64,000 nt of DNA. It comes from Utricularia gibba. Lineage: Eukaryota > Plantae > Magnoliophyta. The position numbers were made by a program, and so were the translations under genes. How positions within the stretch are numbered: the stretch's first letter is position 1; every line of letters begins with the position of its first letter. Below the pieces are notes generated by a model, which saw only the letters and a list, made by a program, of their open reading frames with translations, searched no databases and was not told where the DNA came from. The stretch spans positions 4,154,001 through 4,218,000 of the forward strand of contig CM007990.1 in the NCBI GenBank assembly GCA_002189035.1, read 5' to 3'. This document shows, piece after piece, positions 37,801-50,015 of this stretch.

Positions 37801-40800
37801 TTAGCAAAAGAACATGGAGTTTTTAACTTTTTTCTCAAGTGGAGGCATTGCAGGAACAACCAGTGCCGAAGTACTGATAGAACCACCACCTTGGCTAAAG
37901 GGAGTTTCTGAGTTTTGCTCAAACTTCATCCACTGGCCCAGCTGCGCTGCTGCCAAGTGAGCATAGCAAACAGGAGCCACTGCAAAACATGCATGCCCAA
38001 TTAGTCTGTCTGAAGCAAAGCAACCAACATAAGTAGTTGTTTATTATCATACTTACCAATTGAAACAGCAGTGGTGCTGCGTTGATACCTGCATTTCCAA
38101 CATTAAGATTGTAGCTTATTACAAGCTATTTGAGGTTATGGATTCTTGAAAGTAGCAAGCATATAGTTGCAGGTAAAGTCTCAGTAAAGTCTCAGTAAGG
38201 TAGAGAGCTTACACATATGATAAGGAATGCACCAGCTCCTGCATGTCATCAGGAGAAAAACCAACCTGGTCCAGAAGAACATGGTAATGTGTTGGCCTTG
38301 AAGTGCCCTATAAACAAATGCCAACATCTATTAGTCTTGAAGAACATTACTCTAGAACGGTGTTTGGTTCTAGTCTAGAAAAAGAGAGTGAAGATGTATT
38401 ACAATCATTCCAGCATGAGCACACATGTAGAAATCATAGTTTCTGGGATGACAGACTTGATTATCTATCACAGTCCCTGCAAATCATTGAAACAGTGGTT
38501 CCACAAGTGTGATTGGAAAGTCCAGAGAAATGGTTCCATGCAGGTTGATGAAAGAGTATGTTGCAGGAATGAGAGCTGATAGCCAACACTGCACTGAGGG
38601 CTAGAAGTATCACCTGGCGCAACATTTTCAGGAGAGTTGTTCTGAAAGAACCTTGTGTGGTGATTTTTCTGGGCAATAACCAAGACAAACTTGGGAGACC
38701 ATGCCTGATCCAGGAACTTGCAAGCCTGGAGATGGAGAATTGTATGGCCATTTTAATAAGGTAGACAGCTTACATGATATAAAATCAAGGCTGACCAGAT
38801 GCAGACCTCAAGCATTTGGTTAAATTCGATGTTCAGCACTTGACTGAACTGGGATTCACTTACTCCATCCCTGAAAATAGTAAACAACCAAGCACATGTG
38901 ATTAGACATAATGTTCCAGCACAAAGCTTTAGAAAAAAGCAAGTTTGTGCTTGCCTGAAAATAATTATATGCTCTGGTTTCCTGCCGCAGCTTGCATAGA
39001 AATCTACCAGAGCTTCCCTGGATTTATAGTTAATCATAAGGCTAAATGTTACAAGTTCTAGAACAGAATTCAGGAACTAAATTTGCAAACCTCATCATCC
39101 CTGCATCAGAGCCATGTGCGTCAAGTTTAAAAAGAGAATCAATCATCTCAACTTTAGAAGATTGTGTTCGGACAGATGCTCTGTAGTGCGATATCGATGG
39201 CCACTTTCTGGAACTAACTACCTGATCAAAGTAAAGACAGCACACACACAGAAAGAGAAGTAAAGATCTATCCAGAGATGGAAACATGTTTCATGTTCTT
39301 TCCCTGTGTGCAGTGCATTACATATCCTGCTTGCCACGGCAACAGAACAATGTAAACAAATAAACAAAAGGAAACAAAGTTGCTTAACTGCAGCAATTGA
39401 TTGAAAATCGGCTTGGCCAGGTGCGCCATGAGATACATCCATTCCCATGATCATAGTGGGAAACTTTGAAACTTTTGGTATAGGAGCATTGGGTAAAATC
39501 TCACCAACAAGTGCAGAGTTCAGACCACCAAGCTACCAGGATATAACATCAGTTAATAATGTTAGAGAGTGGCTGAGGTAACTAGAAGAAGTGTCTCACA
39601 TACAAATGAAGAGGAACAGCATTATGTGTGTTTTTTTTTTCTCAACATCATGAGAAAATTAAACAAGAAAAGGAACTGGTAAACAACAACCACCCTTCTG
39701 ACTGCAACATTCAAGGGATTTAGACTCACAAACCTTAGCATTAATCTTCAGGAGAAGATTGGTCAGATACTGATCATTGATGCGGTTGGTTGGGCTCAAG
39801 CACTGAGTAACAACTCCATAATCTGACAAGCATTTCTTCTTCCATGGACCTGGGGAACTGATGTCAGCATAATGTTCCTATTTCATTTAATAGTTTTGAG
39901 TAACATACCATAAAGACTTGAATTTTTTCGTTCTGGTAGCAAGCAAAGAAGGAAGACCGGCATTCCAGGTAGCCTAGACTTCAATATTTCAAACATTTTA
40001 TCCACTCTCGTCACAGCAGGAGCCCGAAGAAATTTCTGATCTTCTTCTACTACACAAAACGGTTGCGTAATAACCTGAAAAAAAAAAAGCAGACAGATGA
40101 TCATCAATGTTATTCCAGTGTGAACAGAATAGCAAATGAAAGAACGTACAACTCCTTTCATTCTCCCAATTTTTATCAGATCATTGACAAGGTTTGTAAT
40201 GTTATGACGGACTGAAAAGTTGACAACTGCCCAGTGCTCCAACTTGCATGCGGATATAAGTTTCTGCAAGATGAAAGAGCAGGTAAAGGAACAGCAATAT
40301 TATGGTTTCCATTAGGCATCAAGAGGGCAGACAAGAACCTTGTTGTTGAAATTCCATCTACCGTTTCTAGGAAATAAATCTTCCCCACTCCCTACTTTCA
40401 GCTAGAAAAAAGATAAACAATAGGTTTATTTAGCAAGAGAACTGAACTTTGAGGAGGACTAAGGCTATTCAAACATAGAAGACAACCTTTGGAGTCATTA
40501 GAACGCGGCCTTCCACCGGAGTAAAGCTCTTACTAATAGAAACACCACAAGAGCGTAGCATAGGCTCAGCATCATAGTCACTGATTTGAAGTGCCTGGAG
40601 AGACGTACAAGTAAGCTAGAAGTTCAACAAAAAAATTCAAAGCCCTTCTATAAGCTAGAAGTTAGGAAAAACAACATACACGACTGAGCACATTCATCCT
40701 CTCTCGAGGATTCTGCCTAGATTTCTCAACAAGAGATGCTCTTTGAAAAGAATTTAAAGCCCTTCTATATCGTTGTAATGGTACCAGAGTACAGAGCTGA

Positions 40801-42465
40801 AAAAGAGCAGAGCCATCAACTTGAAAGAGCATGTGAGTATCATAAGAAAAGAAAAGCTAGAGCACTTCACCTCAACAGGAAAATAAACAGGATGCTTTGG
40901 CTTTCCAACATCGATGCATGGCAAGTGTGCTGAATATGCCAACTTAATTTCTTTGTGTTTGACAAAATAATCATAGACTGTGATGTCTACAGTCTGAAAT
41001 TCACCATTTGGATCACTTGTTTTTTGCTTCAAGGAAAATCTGCAAGATTCAAAACAAGAAAAGAATAAGGTTCCATCCATCACAATTCAAGGAAAAAAGA
41101 ACAGAACTGCCATCAACATACAATTGATCTCTGCATATCTTCTCGCTTAACCCATAAATCTTGAACTGCTGATTTGAGGTAAGTGTCTTCACCATCAAAT
41201 TCTTCAGGGTACGTTTGGCCTGATAGTTCAAATGCAGAATCTTTAACAAGGAAAATAAATGTGTATCAAAGAAAAGCACTTAATGCCATATGAGTTCCAA
41301 CCTTGGACCAGTCAATTTGTGATGGATCTCTTACATTCTGATTCTCGAGCAGAAAGTCTATAACTGGACCTGGCTTGACGATCATAGTTGTTGATACATC
41401 TGAAAAGATACATGAGATAAATCAAGTGTTTGTTGACAACTCAACCAACAGTAGAAGAAACAAAAAAGCATGGCACACAAAACTACCTAAATTCAAGGAT
41501 AGACCACTCTGGGAGGTTCGAAAACTAGAATGGAACCCACGGCAACCAATTACACCTCCTCCAACATCACTGAAGTTCTTAGGATCATCATGGAAGTAAG
41601 ACTGTCGGACAATAAGGCATCCCCTGGATCAGAAAATCATTAGCCAAGCTCATCAAATATACAATGGCAACCTTAATGAGTAAATGGCTTAGAGCTTTTT
41701 TCTGACGAGAAAAAAAGCTTACTGTTTTGCAGCATGCTGCCTCAGAATAATATCCAAAACCCGAAGTGCTTCCTGTGAGCGTTCATATTCTTGCCGTTTT
41801 AAAGCATTTGCTATGGCACGCACTGGAATCCTCGCAGCATAGTTTATCTGCACTTCGAATATCTTTGATTGATACTGCCTCTTCAATCTCTTCCGATCGT
41901 CATTCCTGGGCTCCTCCCTTTTAGGACTCAAATTTTCATCGCTTCTGCAATTAGACAATGTCCAGAACTACTACTGATGCAACAGACAAAGCAGCATCTG
42001 GGAAAAAATTCAGAACTAATCACTCATTATTACCGTCCAGATTTCACATTCTCCAATACCACAGTGAACTCAAGCTTGTTACCAGGAAGTGAACCCATTG
42101 TAAACAAGCTTCTGTCACCATCATACGCGAATTCTTTTCCACCCAACTGTGAGTTGTATGTAACACTAACTTGATCAAGAAGCTTCCTCCCCAAGCCCTT
42201 TCCATCAACAGGGCGACCATCTTCATAAAACAGGGCCACCTACATAAGAGCTTTCCACGACTTAGAACCTGCAGCTCTGCAAAAACTTCATGTATCAGTA
42301 ACTTACACTGTAATGGTAGAAAAACCCATCCAATTTGTTGACGTCGACTTTGAAATGGTTTGTAAGAAGAGAGACCCTTTTTCCTCGGGTCCCGAGGCCG
42401 GGTCTGGACATGGGAAGACGAAGTGGTGAAGAAAGGGTCAGTCCCTTTTCCTTCAAGTTCGCCAT
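37801..42465 (-). CDS. AGO4: Argonaute, AGO4/6/9 clade (AGO4-like), ~22 exons, intact frame
   Basis: TNHFKV, VALFYEDGRPVDGKG, AYDG, PAZ (CIDVGKPKHPVYFPVE), PIWI GMDVSHG, IIIFRDGVSESQF, QKNHHTRFF, GTSRPTHYHVL, CYAHLAA and SMFFC*. Catalytic D-E-D-H residues present. Confidence 0.93.
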
Positions 42466-43981
42466 TTAACTACACAAAGAATCACGATAAGCTGCATTGC
42501 CAAGTCAGTCTTAAACACAGTGTTCAGTGAAAAACACCAAGGGTGGAAAAAGGCCACGCATGAACATCCATATTTAACGATCCCACGAAACGGAGCAAGT
42601 ATCACCACAGATGAAATAGGAGTTGCAGCTACAAAGAATGAAATATAAACGAGAACACAATTCCATATTTCATTGAGGGAGCGACGACAAACGACACAGA
42701 AACAAAAGAAACTGCAGAATCCAAAAAGAACAGGAAACTCTAGAAGTACTAACACCTGTTCAAGGTAGAAGATCTAAGACTCAGAAAACAAAAAAAAATG
42801 TATAATGAAGTGTTCAACACCTTCATTAACAAATCCAGAAGCTTGTAAAAAATAAAAGAAGAACCCAGTTAGAACGATGAAACACATTAACCCAGAACCA
42901 AAAACTGAAGCAAGAAACGATAAAAGCATGTAGTTTGTTCATCCCAACCTTCACTATCCTGTTTACACAAACGAAATCACAAAAAAGAGTGCATCAAGTT
43001 ACGAACCTTCGCAGCTACTTTTCAACACAAAGCTCCAGAAAAACAGAGAAATCTGCACCACCGAGAGATCAGAGGAGTCCACAACGACACCAAATCTCCG
43101 TTATGGGAGGATGCTCAGAGCCCAAGATCGAGCAAGCATGCCTCTTAAGTACACTACACCTCGTCCCTTTCTCTTCCTTAATATTATAACATACATTCCC
43201 TCTTTTACCCCTACACAACACATTTTACCCTTCATAGATTATGGTCTTATTTTTCAAAATAAAATGGTAAAAATATAGTTTTCAACCACAGTAAATCCCA
43301 CAACACTTTTTTTTTTTCTTGATTTTACCTTTTTTTTATAGACGTAAAAATTGTTTTAATCTGTGTTAAATATTATGTCTAAATTAAGCGAATATTCTAA
43401 ATCTGGTAACGCCATTTCTGTCTAAAGACACCTATTTCGGGAAGACGATTGTTCCCAATAAAATGTTGCCCAAATTAGCATTAAATTTTATTACACAAAT
43501 CGAGAAAAATAATATTTAATATTCGTTTTGCAAAATTAAAATAACCCGCTTGGAATTACGGCCGGTTAAAATCATATTTGTATGCGTTTATTACAGCATT
43601 AGAACAGTGGAGTATTCATATTGTTTTGTTTAAGATTTTTTTTGTGTTTATTTGATAATAAATTCAAATAGAATTTTCGTATTTCAATAACATTTTGTAA
43701 CTGGTTAACTTCATTCCACGAACGAACACCAAATAATGTCAATATATCCTAATGATATAAAGTCCATCATCAATTCTCCATTCAAAATCTAGAGAAATTG
43801 TAGTATAATTTAATGTTTGGAAATCAATTTTATTTTAATATAATTGATTTTACTTTTCAAATATATATTTATTCTTTTTTATGATAATTGATTTTTGAGA
43901 ATCAATTCAATTCTATAATAAAAATGATTGTCGATAATTAATTTATAAAACAAAAAATTAAAAAAAAGGGAGACATGAAAC

Positions 43982-44331
43982 TAGAGTTCGGCCGGTTCTA
44001 GAACCGTCGATTCCAATTCGATTCTATTGTTGAACCAGAATCAACCAATTCCAATTTTTCCATTCTTTTTCTTTTCGGTTCTGGTTCTGGTTCCGGAACC
44101 ACTAGAATTTTGAGAAACCAAACTAGAATCGAAACCATTAAAATATATTAGAAATTATTATTTTATAATTATATTTGATATATTTATATTATTTTTATAT
44201 GAAACCCGAACCACTCTTCGGTTCCAGGTTGAAACCCGAACCCGTGTGGATCTTGGTTCCCGTTTGGAACCGGAACCGAACCAATGGTTCCGGTTCGAAC
44301 CACGGTTCGGTTCTGAACCGGTCAAACTCTA
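43982..44331. mobile_element. hAT-superfamily MITE (350 bp), young copy
   Basis: 17-bp TIRs TAGAGTTCGGCCGGTTC and TAGAGTTTGACCGGTTC (reverse complement). Perfect 8-bp TSD CATGAAAC at 43974-81 and 44332-39. Many GGTTC/GAACC subterminal repeats. Confidence 0.9.
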
Positions 44332-44570
44332 CATGAAACCATGGATTAATTGGACTATTGCAAAATGATATTAAAATTATATTAAGTTATATTTAAAACT
44401 ATTGTCGGATGCTGAGACAAGTTCGTTGGCGGTTGGTTTAATGGTCGGCCAAAGGTAGAAAATAAAAATTAATAAAAAAAATATTTGATTCTCCATTGGC
44501 GGCGCAGCTCCCCATCCATGAAAAGGAAAGGCCGATCACGAAGAACGACTGCGGGTGATTGGAGGAAGAA

Positions 44571-45368
44571 ATGGCGGAGCAGTTGACGGACGATCAGATC
44601 TCTGAATTCAAGGAAGCTTTCTCTCTGTTCGACAAGGATGGTGATGGTAAGCGAATTCTTGGATTTCCTGCTTTTTGCGTTTTTTTTTGGCATGCTGTAG
44701 CAGGATTTAGTGGACTCGATGTTGAGCGATTTGAGCGCTTTTTTTGGTTTTTCCGCTTCGTTTGCGTTACATCAACTGTAGATCGGGCTACTGTGTGCGT
44801 GCGGTTGCTTTGCTCGAGAGGTTTGGTTTGCTATTCGTTTCGGGATAAGCGATGCATTGTAATTCAGGTTCTTATGGAATTCGTAGGGTTCCTGTTGCTG
44901 CGTTTCAAGTGAATGCTGCCGTGTGTGTGACTGAAGCCCCTGTTAATTTTATGGCGTTTCATCTTTTCTCTCCCTCGTAACTTCTTTCTGACAGGTTCCA
45001 TTACGATTACGGAGCTGGGAACTGTGATGCGCTCTTTGTGGCAAAGCCCAACCGAGGCTGAGCTTCAGGACATGATCAATGAAGTGGATGCTGATGGGAA
45101 TGGCACAATTGACTTCCCTGAATTCCTCAACTTGATGGCTAGGAAGATGAGGGACACAGACTCCGAGGAGGAACTGAAGGAAGCATTCCGTGTTTTCGAC
45201 AAGGATCAAAATGGCCTCATCTCCGCTGCTGAACTTCGCCACGTGATGAACAATCTCGGGGAGAAGCTAACCGACGAGGAGGTCGATGAGATGATTCGAG
45301 AAGCAGATGTGGACGGGGATGGCCAGATCAACTACAAGGAGTTCGTCCAAGTTATGATGGCCAAGTGA
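44571..45368 (+). CDS. CAM: Calmodulin (149 aa, 4 EF hands, single intron at the conserved position) with 11 substitutions versus canonical plant CaM
   Basis: [26 protein letters not shown]|[25 protein letters not shown]...VMMAK*. Confidence 0.95.
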
Positions 45369-45658
45369 GTTTCACAAACCCGATCTTATGCTTGCACTAC
45401 ATAAGTTTGCTTAGATTCAGATTTCAGTTGCCCATCTGGTATCCTTGTTGCTCTGGTGTGTTTCCTGTCAACTCTAGCAAAACACCATGATGCTCTTCTA
45501 ATCCTTGTGGTGTTGCTATGCCATTGTTGTGGTTAGACATCCTGAAACTTATTGTATTATATGGTTTTGGAAACATTGTAACCGGCGGTTACGGTCCCCA
45601 TCCATCACTCACACACACAGGCAACATGGATGCAGGTGAAGATAGCAGTGAGTGTGAC

Positions 45659-45948
45659 TCAGAGCATTTCTGGAGGTTTGGGAGAGCCTCCGAGGATGCA
45701 GGGGATAACACACTTGAAGTCCTCCACGCCACAGGTTTGATAGCACAAGGGTCGACTGGTTGGGCACCGCATTTGACAACACAAGCCAGAGCCGTCATTC
45801 CACACTGCAGCACACAGTTCAGACCCTTCATCCAGCACGCCAGACACGGCTGCTGCCCCGGCGCCGGAGCCGGATCTGGAACTGGAGAAGTACTCTCCGC
45901 CGCCGCGGAAGCAACCACCAGCATAAGCAAGAAAGCCACTCGACGCAT
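45659..45948 (-). CDS. Small secreted cysteine-repeat protein (96 aa after restoring one A in the run at 45736-38)
   Basis: Signal peptide MRRVAFLLMLVVASAAA, a PDPAPAP spacer and 10 periodically spaced Cys. TATATATA box ~45 nt upstream (45989-96). GC-rich coding-like composition. Confidence 0.72.
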
Positions 45949-46784
45949 CTTCTTGTTGCTCTTGACAAAATGCCTGCACCCTCGTCAGGTATATATAGCT
46001 GCTGCCCCCCGAGATAACGAACTTTAGAAGATGTTGCTTCCTGGAACTCCATTTCCTGTCGCACGAAAAGGGCATGGCATGTTGTTACACTTTCCTAAAC
46101 TCCTCTCCCTCATCTCCCTTTACAGTCTCTCTGAACAAATGCTGTTTCAGTTCTCGTCACTGAATCTTCTTATGTCTGATCTCTTACCACGATCATCCAT
46201 CTCTTCCTGTTTGTTATGGAAGGCTGTGTAAGTTAACTAAAGTCACCCTAAGGCCCTGTCCAAAGGGTTTCAGTATCTTAACAAGAGAAAAAAATATGTT
46301 TAAATAAAAATATTTTAATCTTATATAATATTTTTATAAAAAAATATAAAATCATAAGAATTAAATACTTTAATACTATATAAACAGAGTATGAAGTGAT
46401 GTAGGGTGTCAAAGGGTTGTGTAGGGGGGAGGCATTACATCATGGATGTATTACATTACAAATTTAACCGCTGCATTTTGAATGTAAAAAAAAAATAACC
46501 ACTGTATATATAAATTTTTGATCATAATAATGAAAGAAAAAGGTACGATGACCACTTTTCTAGGCATAGGAATTCAAATATATGTATGCAGGAGGATGGT
46601 TTGAAAAGCCCCAGCATTTGTTGTCAAGCTACACATGGAAACAAAGATTTAACAAAACAAACATAACTAGTGAAGGTCTGTACAATGGAAGAATGCAGAC
46701 CAATTCCGTTCTTGTAAGTAGTCAAGAAGTTGGGCTTCAAGCTGAGGAAATGTGAAATCAACATGAATTCTCTCTCTATGAACC

Positions 46785-49755
46785 TTAACAGACTCTGTTC
46801 CCAACAGTTTGATACAAAGATTTAAGCTGTGTGTTCCATTTGTCAATGGCAGCATACTTCTTGTTTCCCTTCGACCTGTACTTGCATCATTCAGAGGTCA
46901 GGCGCACAGAAAGCAGTGGAATGGGCAGCAGAAAGAATGGAGCTAACCTGTCGCCGCGTTCTAGTAGCCGGTTCACTTGATCGATGTGGCCCTGGATTCG
47001 GTTGTCTAAGATGAGAGACACCAGCAACTCCTCCACATCCTTCTCTGGCACATTCAGCTCCTGCGGTCACAAAATTATGAGGTATCAAGATGGTGTGTTT
47101 AATGAAAACAAAACAAAGCTGAGGGCATGGGTTCTGTTGTACTGTTGATATGAAAGGGATACGGATCCTTGTATATGGCTTTATGAGCTTCAACAACACT
47201 TGTGTCCGCACATTCTTTAGAAGGTCTTCGATATAATTCCTAATGAATAGGTCATCCATTATAGTCCTCCGGTTGCTCTGCATCAATAGAAATCCAATGA
47301 TAAGGAGAATCGAGTCTCTCAGAAGTGTAATATGCACTATAGTCCTTGCGTTGGCTTGTTCACCTTCAAAATTTTTTCAAATTCCAATATCTCATTCCTT
47401 TGGTATGCTGCAATGAGGTTTGTCATGGCAAGAATCTCAGGATCATTTTTATACCTGAAAGAATAAGTGCAATGGAAAGGTGTTAGAGAAAACTCTTTCC
47501 ATCATCATTAGCATGCAATATTCAATTGATACAATGATAGATGAGCTACGAGAAAGATCACATCCATTCATGATTTTATTTTACTGCAACCTACTCTATC
47601 CCGTAGCTAGTGTAAAAATGTGACCCCCAATCTCATACATTATTCTGGATGCTGTTGTATCGTAAAAACGTTTGCGAGATGAGTGGTCAAAATTTTTAAA
47701 AAAAACTTACGGTTTCGCCTCTTGACCATCAAAAGGGTTCACTTGTGATTCCATGAGCATGTTTGCCAGGACCAAATACCTGCGACACAGGCTTAACTTA
47801 AATTTTCTCATTATATCAATAAAATACGTTATGTGACATCCACCACAAATAAGATGCAACAAAAACAGAACCCACTGAAAAAAAAAAGTATCACGTGAAA
47901 CCATCACAACTCAAAACACGATCTATACTAGTGAATCTCATCAACAAAAACTAATGGCTAGCAATTGAAGGTGCTTTAGTCTGAGGAAGTATACGGATGC
48001 AAAATAATGGCATACTTTAGACACTGAATACGTCTCTGGTTTCCTGCTTCATCATAATTTTTGAAAGCTTCAAAGAAATCAGTAGCTGCATCTGGCCACT
48101 GTCTCTCTGCCATATGCATTTTTCCACCACATTCACGAATAATTCCCATGATTCTGGGATGAGGAATAGCAGATTTGACTGATAGAGCTCTATGATACAA
48201 TTCCTGGAACAAATTAAAGATTTGTAAAAAACGAAGCCTGATACTCGACTCCAGCATTCAATATACCTTCAGTTTTTTATTATTCTTAGTCTCTGTGTAC
48301 ATCTGGATCTCAATTGCATACACTTCCAGAAGCTGCGTGCCTTTCTTCTGATCATCAGTACCATCTTCTTTTTGGCAAGATTTGTGAAGCTCTTTCAGAA
48401 TCTGATCAGACATAGAGAGTAAGTTTTACACCAAAATCAGCTGCAACTTTTATTTCAATATACCTTGTTCATGCGACCATATTCACCCATGTCAAACCAT
48501 ATTTTGCATAGCTTCAGGTTTGTTTTGAACCACAGCCTCTGTGAAGAAAAAAAAATAAGAGCATTCACAATTCTTTAGAATCGAACAGCATAATTCCCAA
48601 GTTTGAAATTTTTTTAAAAAAACTAGCAAAGGAGCACATACCTCATTCTTTGCCTCTTCAAGAGCCTTTAATGTAGTCTGATAAAATTGTTGTAATAAAC
48701 TGAAGTTTTGGCTTGCAGATCCTGATATAAAATCCATGATGCTGTTTATGCATTTCTCACTATAATTCCGAGTCACTGCAGTCTTGATATATGTCAACAT
48801 ATCTCTGTAAGAATCCATCATTTCCTTGTACTTTCCAAGCTTATAGTAAAGCTTGACGGTTTGCTTCAAAGCTTTAAACCCCTAAAATGTAAACAAAATC
48901 AAATGACCAATGATTTCAATTCATCATAGAATAAAAAGAGTAGCTAAAATGTAATTTTTGGGATTCTGCTCAAAATGACCAAAGCAGATAAGTAACGCAA
49001 AGGGTACATAGTCAAAGAACAAGAAATTCTAAGCTTCGTAATTTCAGCAAACAATCACCATTCAGCCTTTTCAGGTTCCATCCGAACAACTTCAGCAAAA
49101 CCCTCAAGCGCACCCTCAGGGTCTGTTTCAACCAAGCCTAAAGCAGAAGAAAATTAATAAAGAACATCAGAAATAAAAGAATCTCAAGTGAGACTTTATA
49201 TCCGAACAAACCACTGCTACATGAACACAAAAAATAACACAACTCCTGCCCTGATCAAATCATTTGCCGGTTGTGCTCGTAGCCGGTTAAGGTGGAATGT
49301 TTTACCACCAAACTAATCCCGTATAATGTCAAAATTTCATAGCAGACCACTTCACACAAAATACAATAACACAGTACATGGTAGGATGCCAAATTTTGGA
49401 ACGGACACCAAGCCGAGTTCTCGACAGCATTCCCACTCTATTTCCCAATATGATCATGTAGTTCACATTTAAAGCAAAAATGTTCTACCGGAAGCAGTAA
49501 AGGGGGAATCTGAATATGGTACGGAATCCGTATAAAATCAAAGCTAATAAATTCACCTTTAGAATTATAATACTGATTTTCGATATCAACATCCTGCTCC
49601 TCAGGCTCTTCATCCGAGTATTCAAACCCGTAATCCTCCATATCCGCGTCTGCATCATTTCGAACAGTTAAAGATTAGCACAATGAGCCCTAAGTTGAAA
49701 AAAGAAATCGTAGAAAACAAGGTCAAATCCACGGCGAAGAACCACCGGAACCCAT
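46785..49755 (-). CDS. CSN2: COP9 signalosome subunit 2 (~12 exons; apparent 1-nt deletion at ~48879)
   Basis: [64 protein letters not shown] and PCI domain, ending NRVC*. Confidence 0.96.
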
Positions 49756-49880
49756 CGCGTATTCCGTCACTTCCTTTCCACCGGACTGCGCGTGAGACGA
49801 GCGAGAAAAGGACTACACTCCAGAAAATTACAAAAGGAAAGAAGTGCAACAGAACAGTAAAGTTTCACTCATCTCGATTA

Positions 49881-49962
49881 TGGGCTTTCCACATATTGGG
49901 CTTTGAGCTCAATAAATCCAAGCTCATTCATCCTGCACATGAATAGAAATTTCTAAGGCCCA
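49881..49962. promoter_or_regulatory. Three site II motifs (TGGGCY) in the 260-bp CSN2 / methyltransferase bidirectional promoter
   Basis: TGGGCT at 49881 and 49897, GGCCCA at 49957. Head-to-head ATGs at 49755(-) and 50016(+). Confidence 0.6.
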
Positions 49963-50015
49963 AACAATCAAATGCTCAATTTTATCAATTCTCCAGTTGA
50001 AACTCCCACAGAGAA

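Noticed and set aside
45440-45448. GTATCCTT U12-like donor in the calmodulin 3' UTR
   Set aside because: No matching branch site or acceptor, and no coding need.
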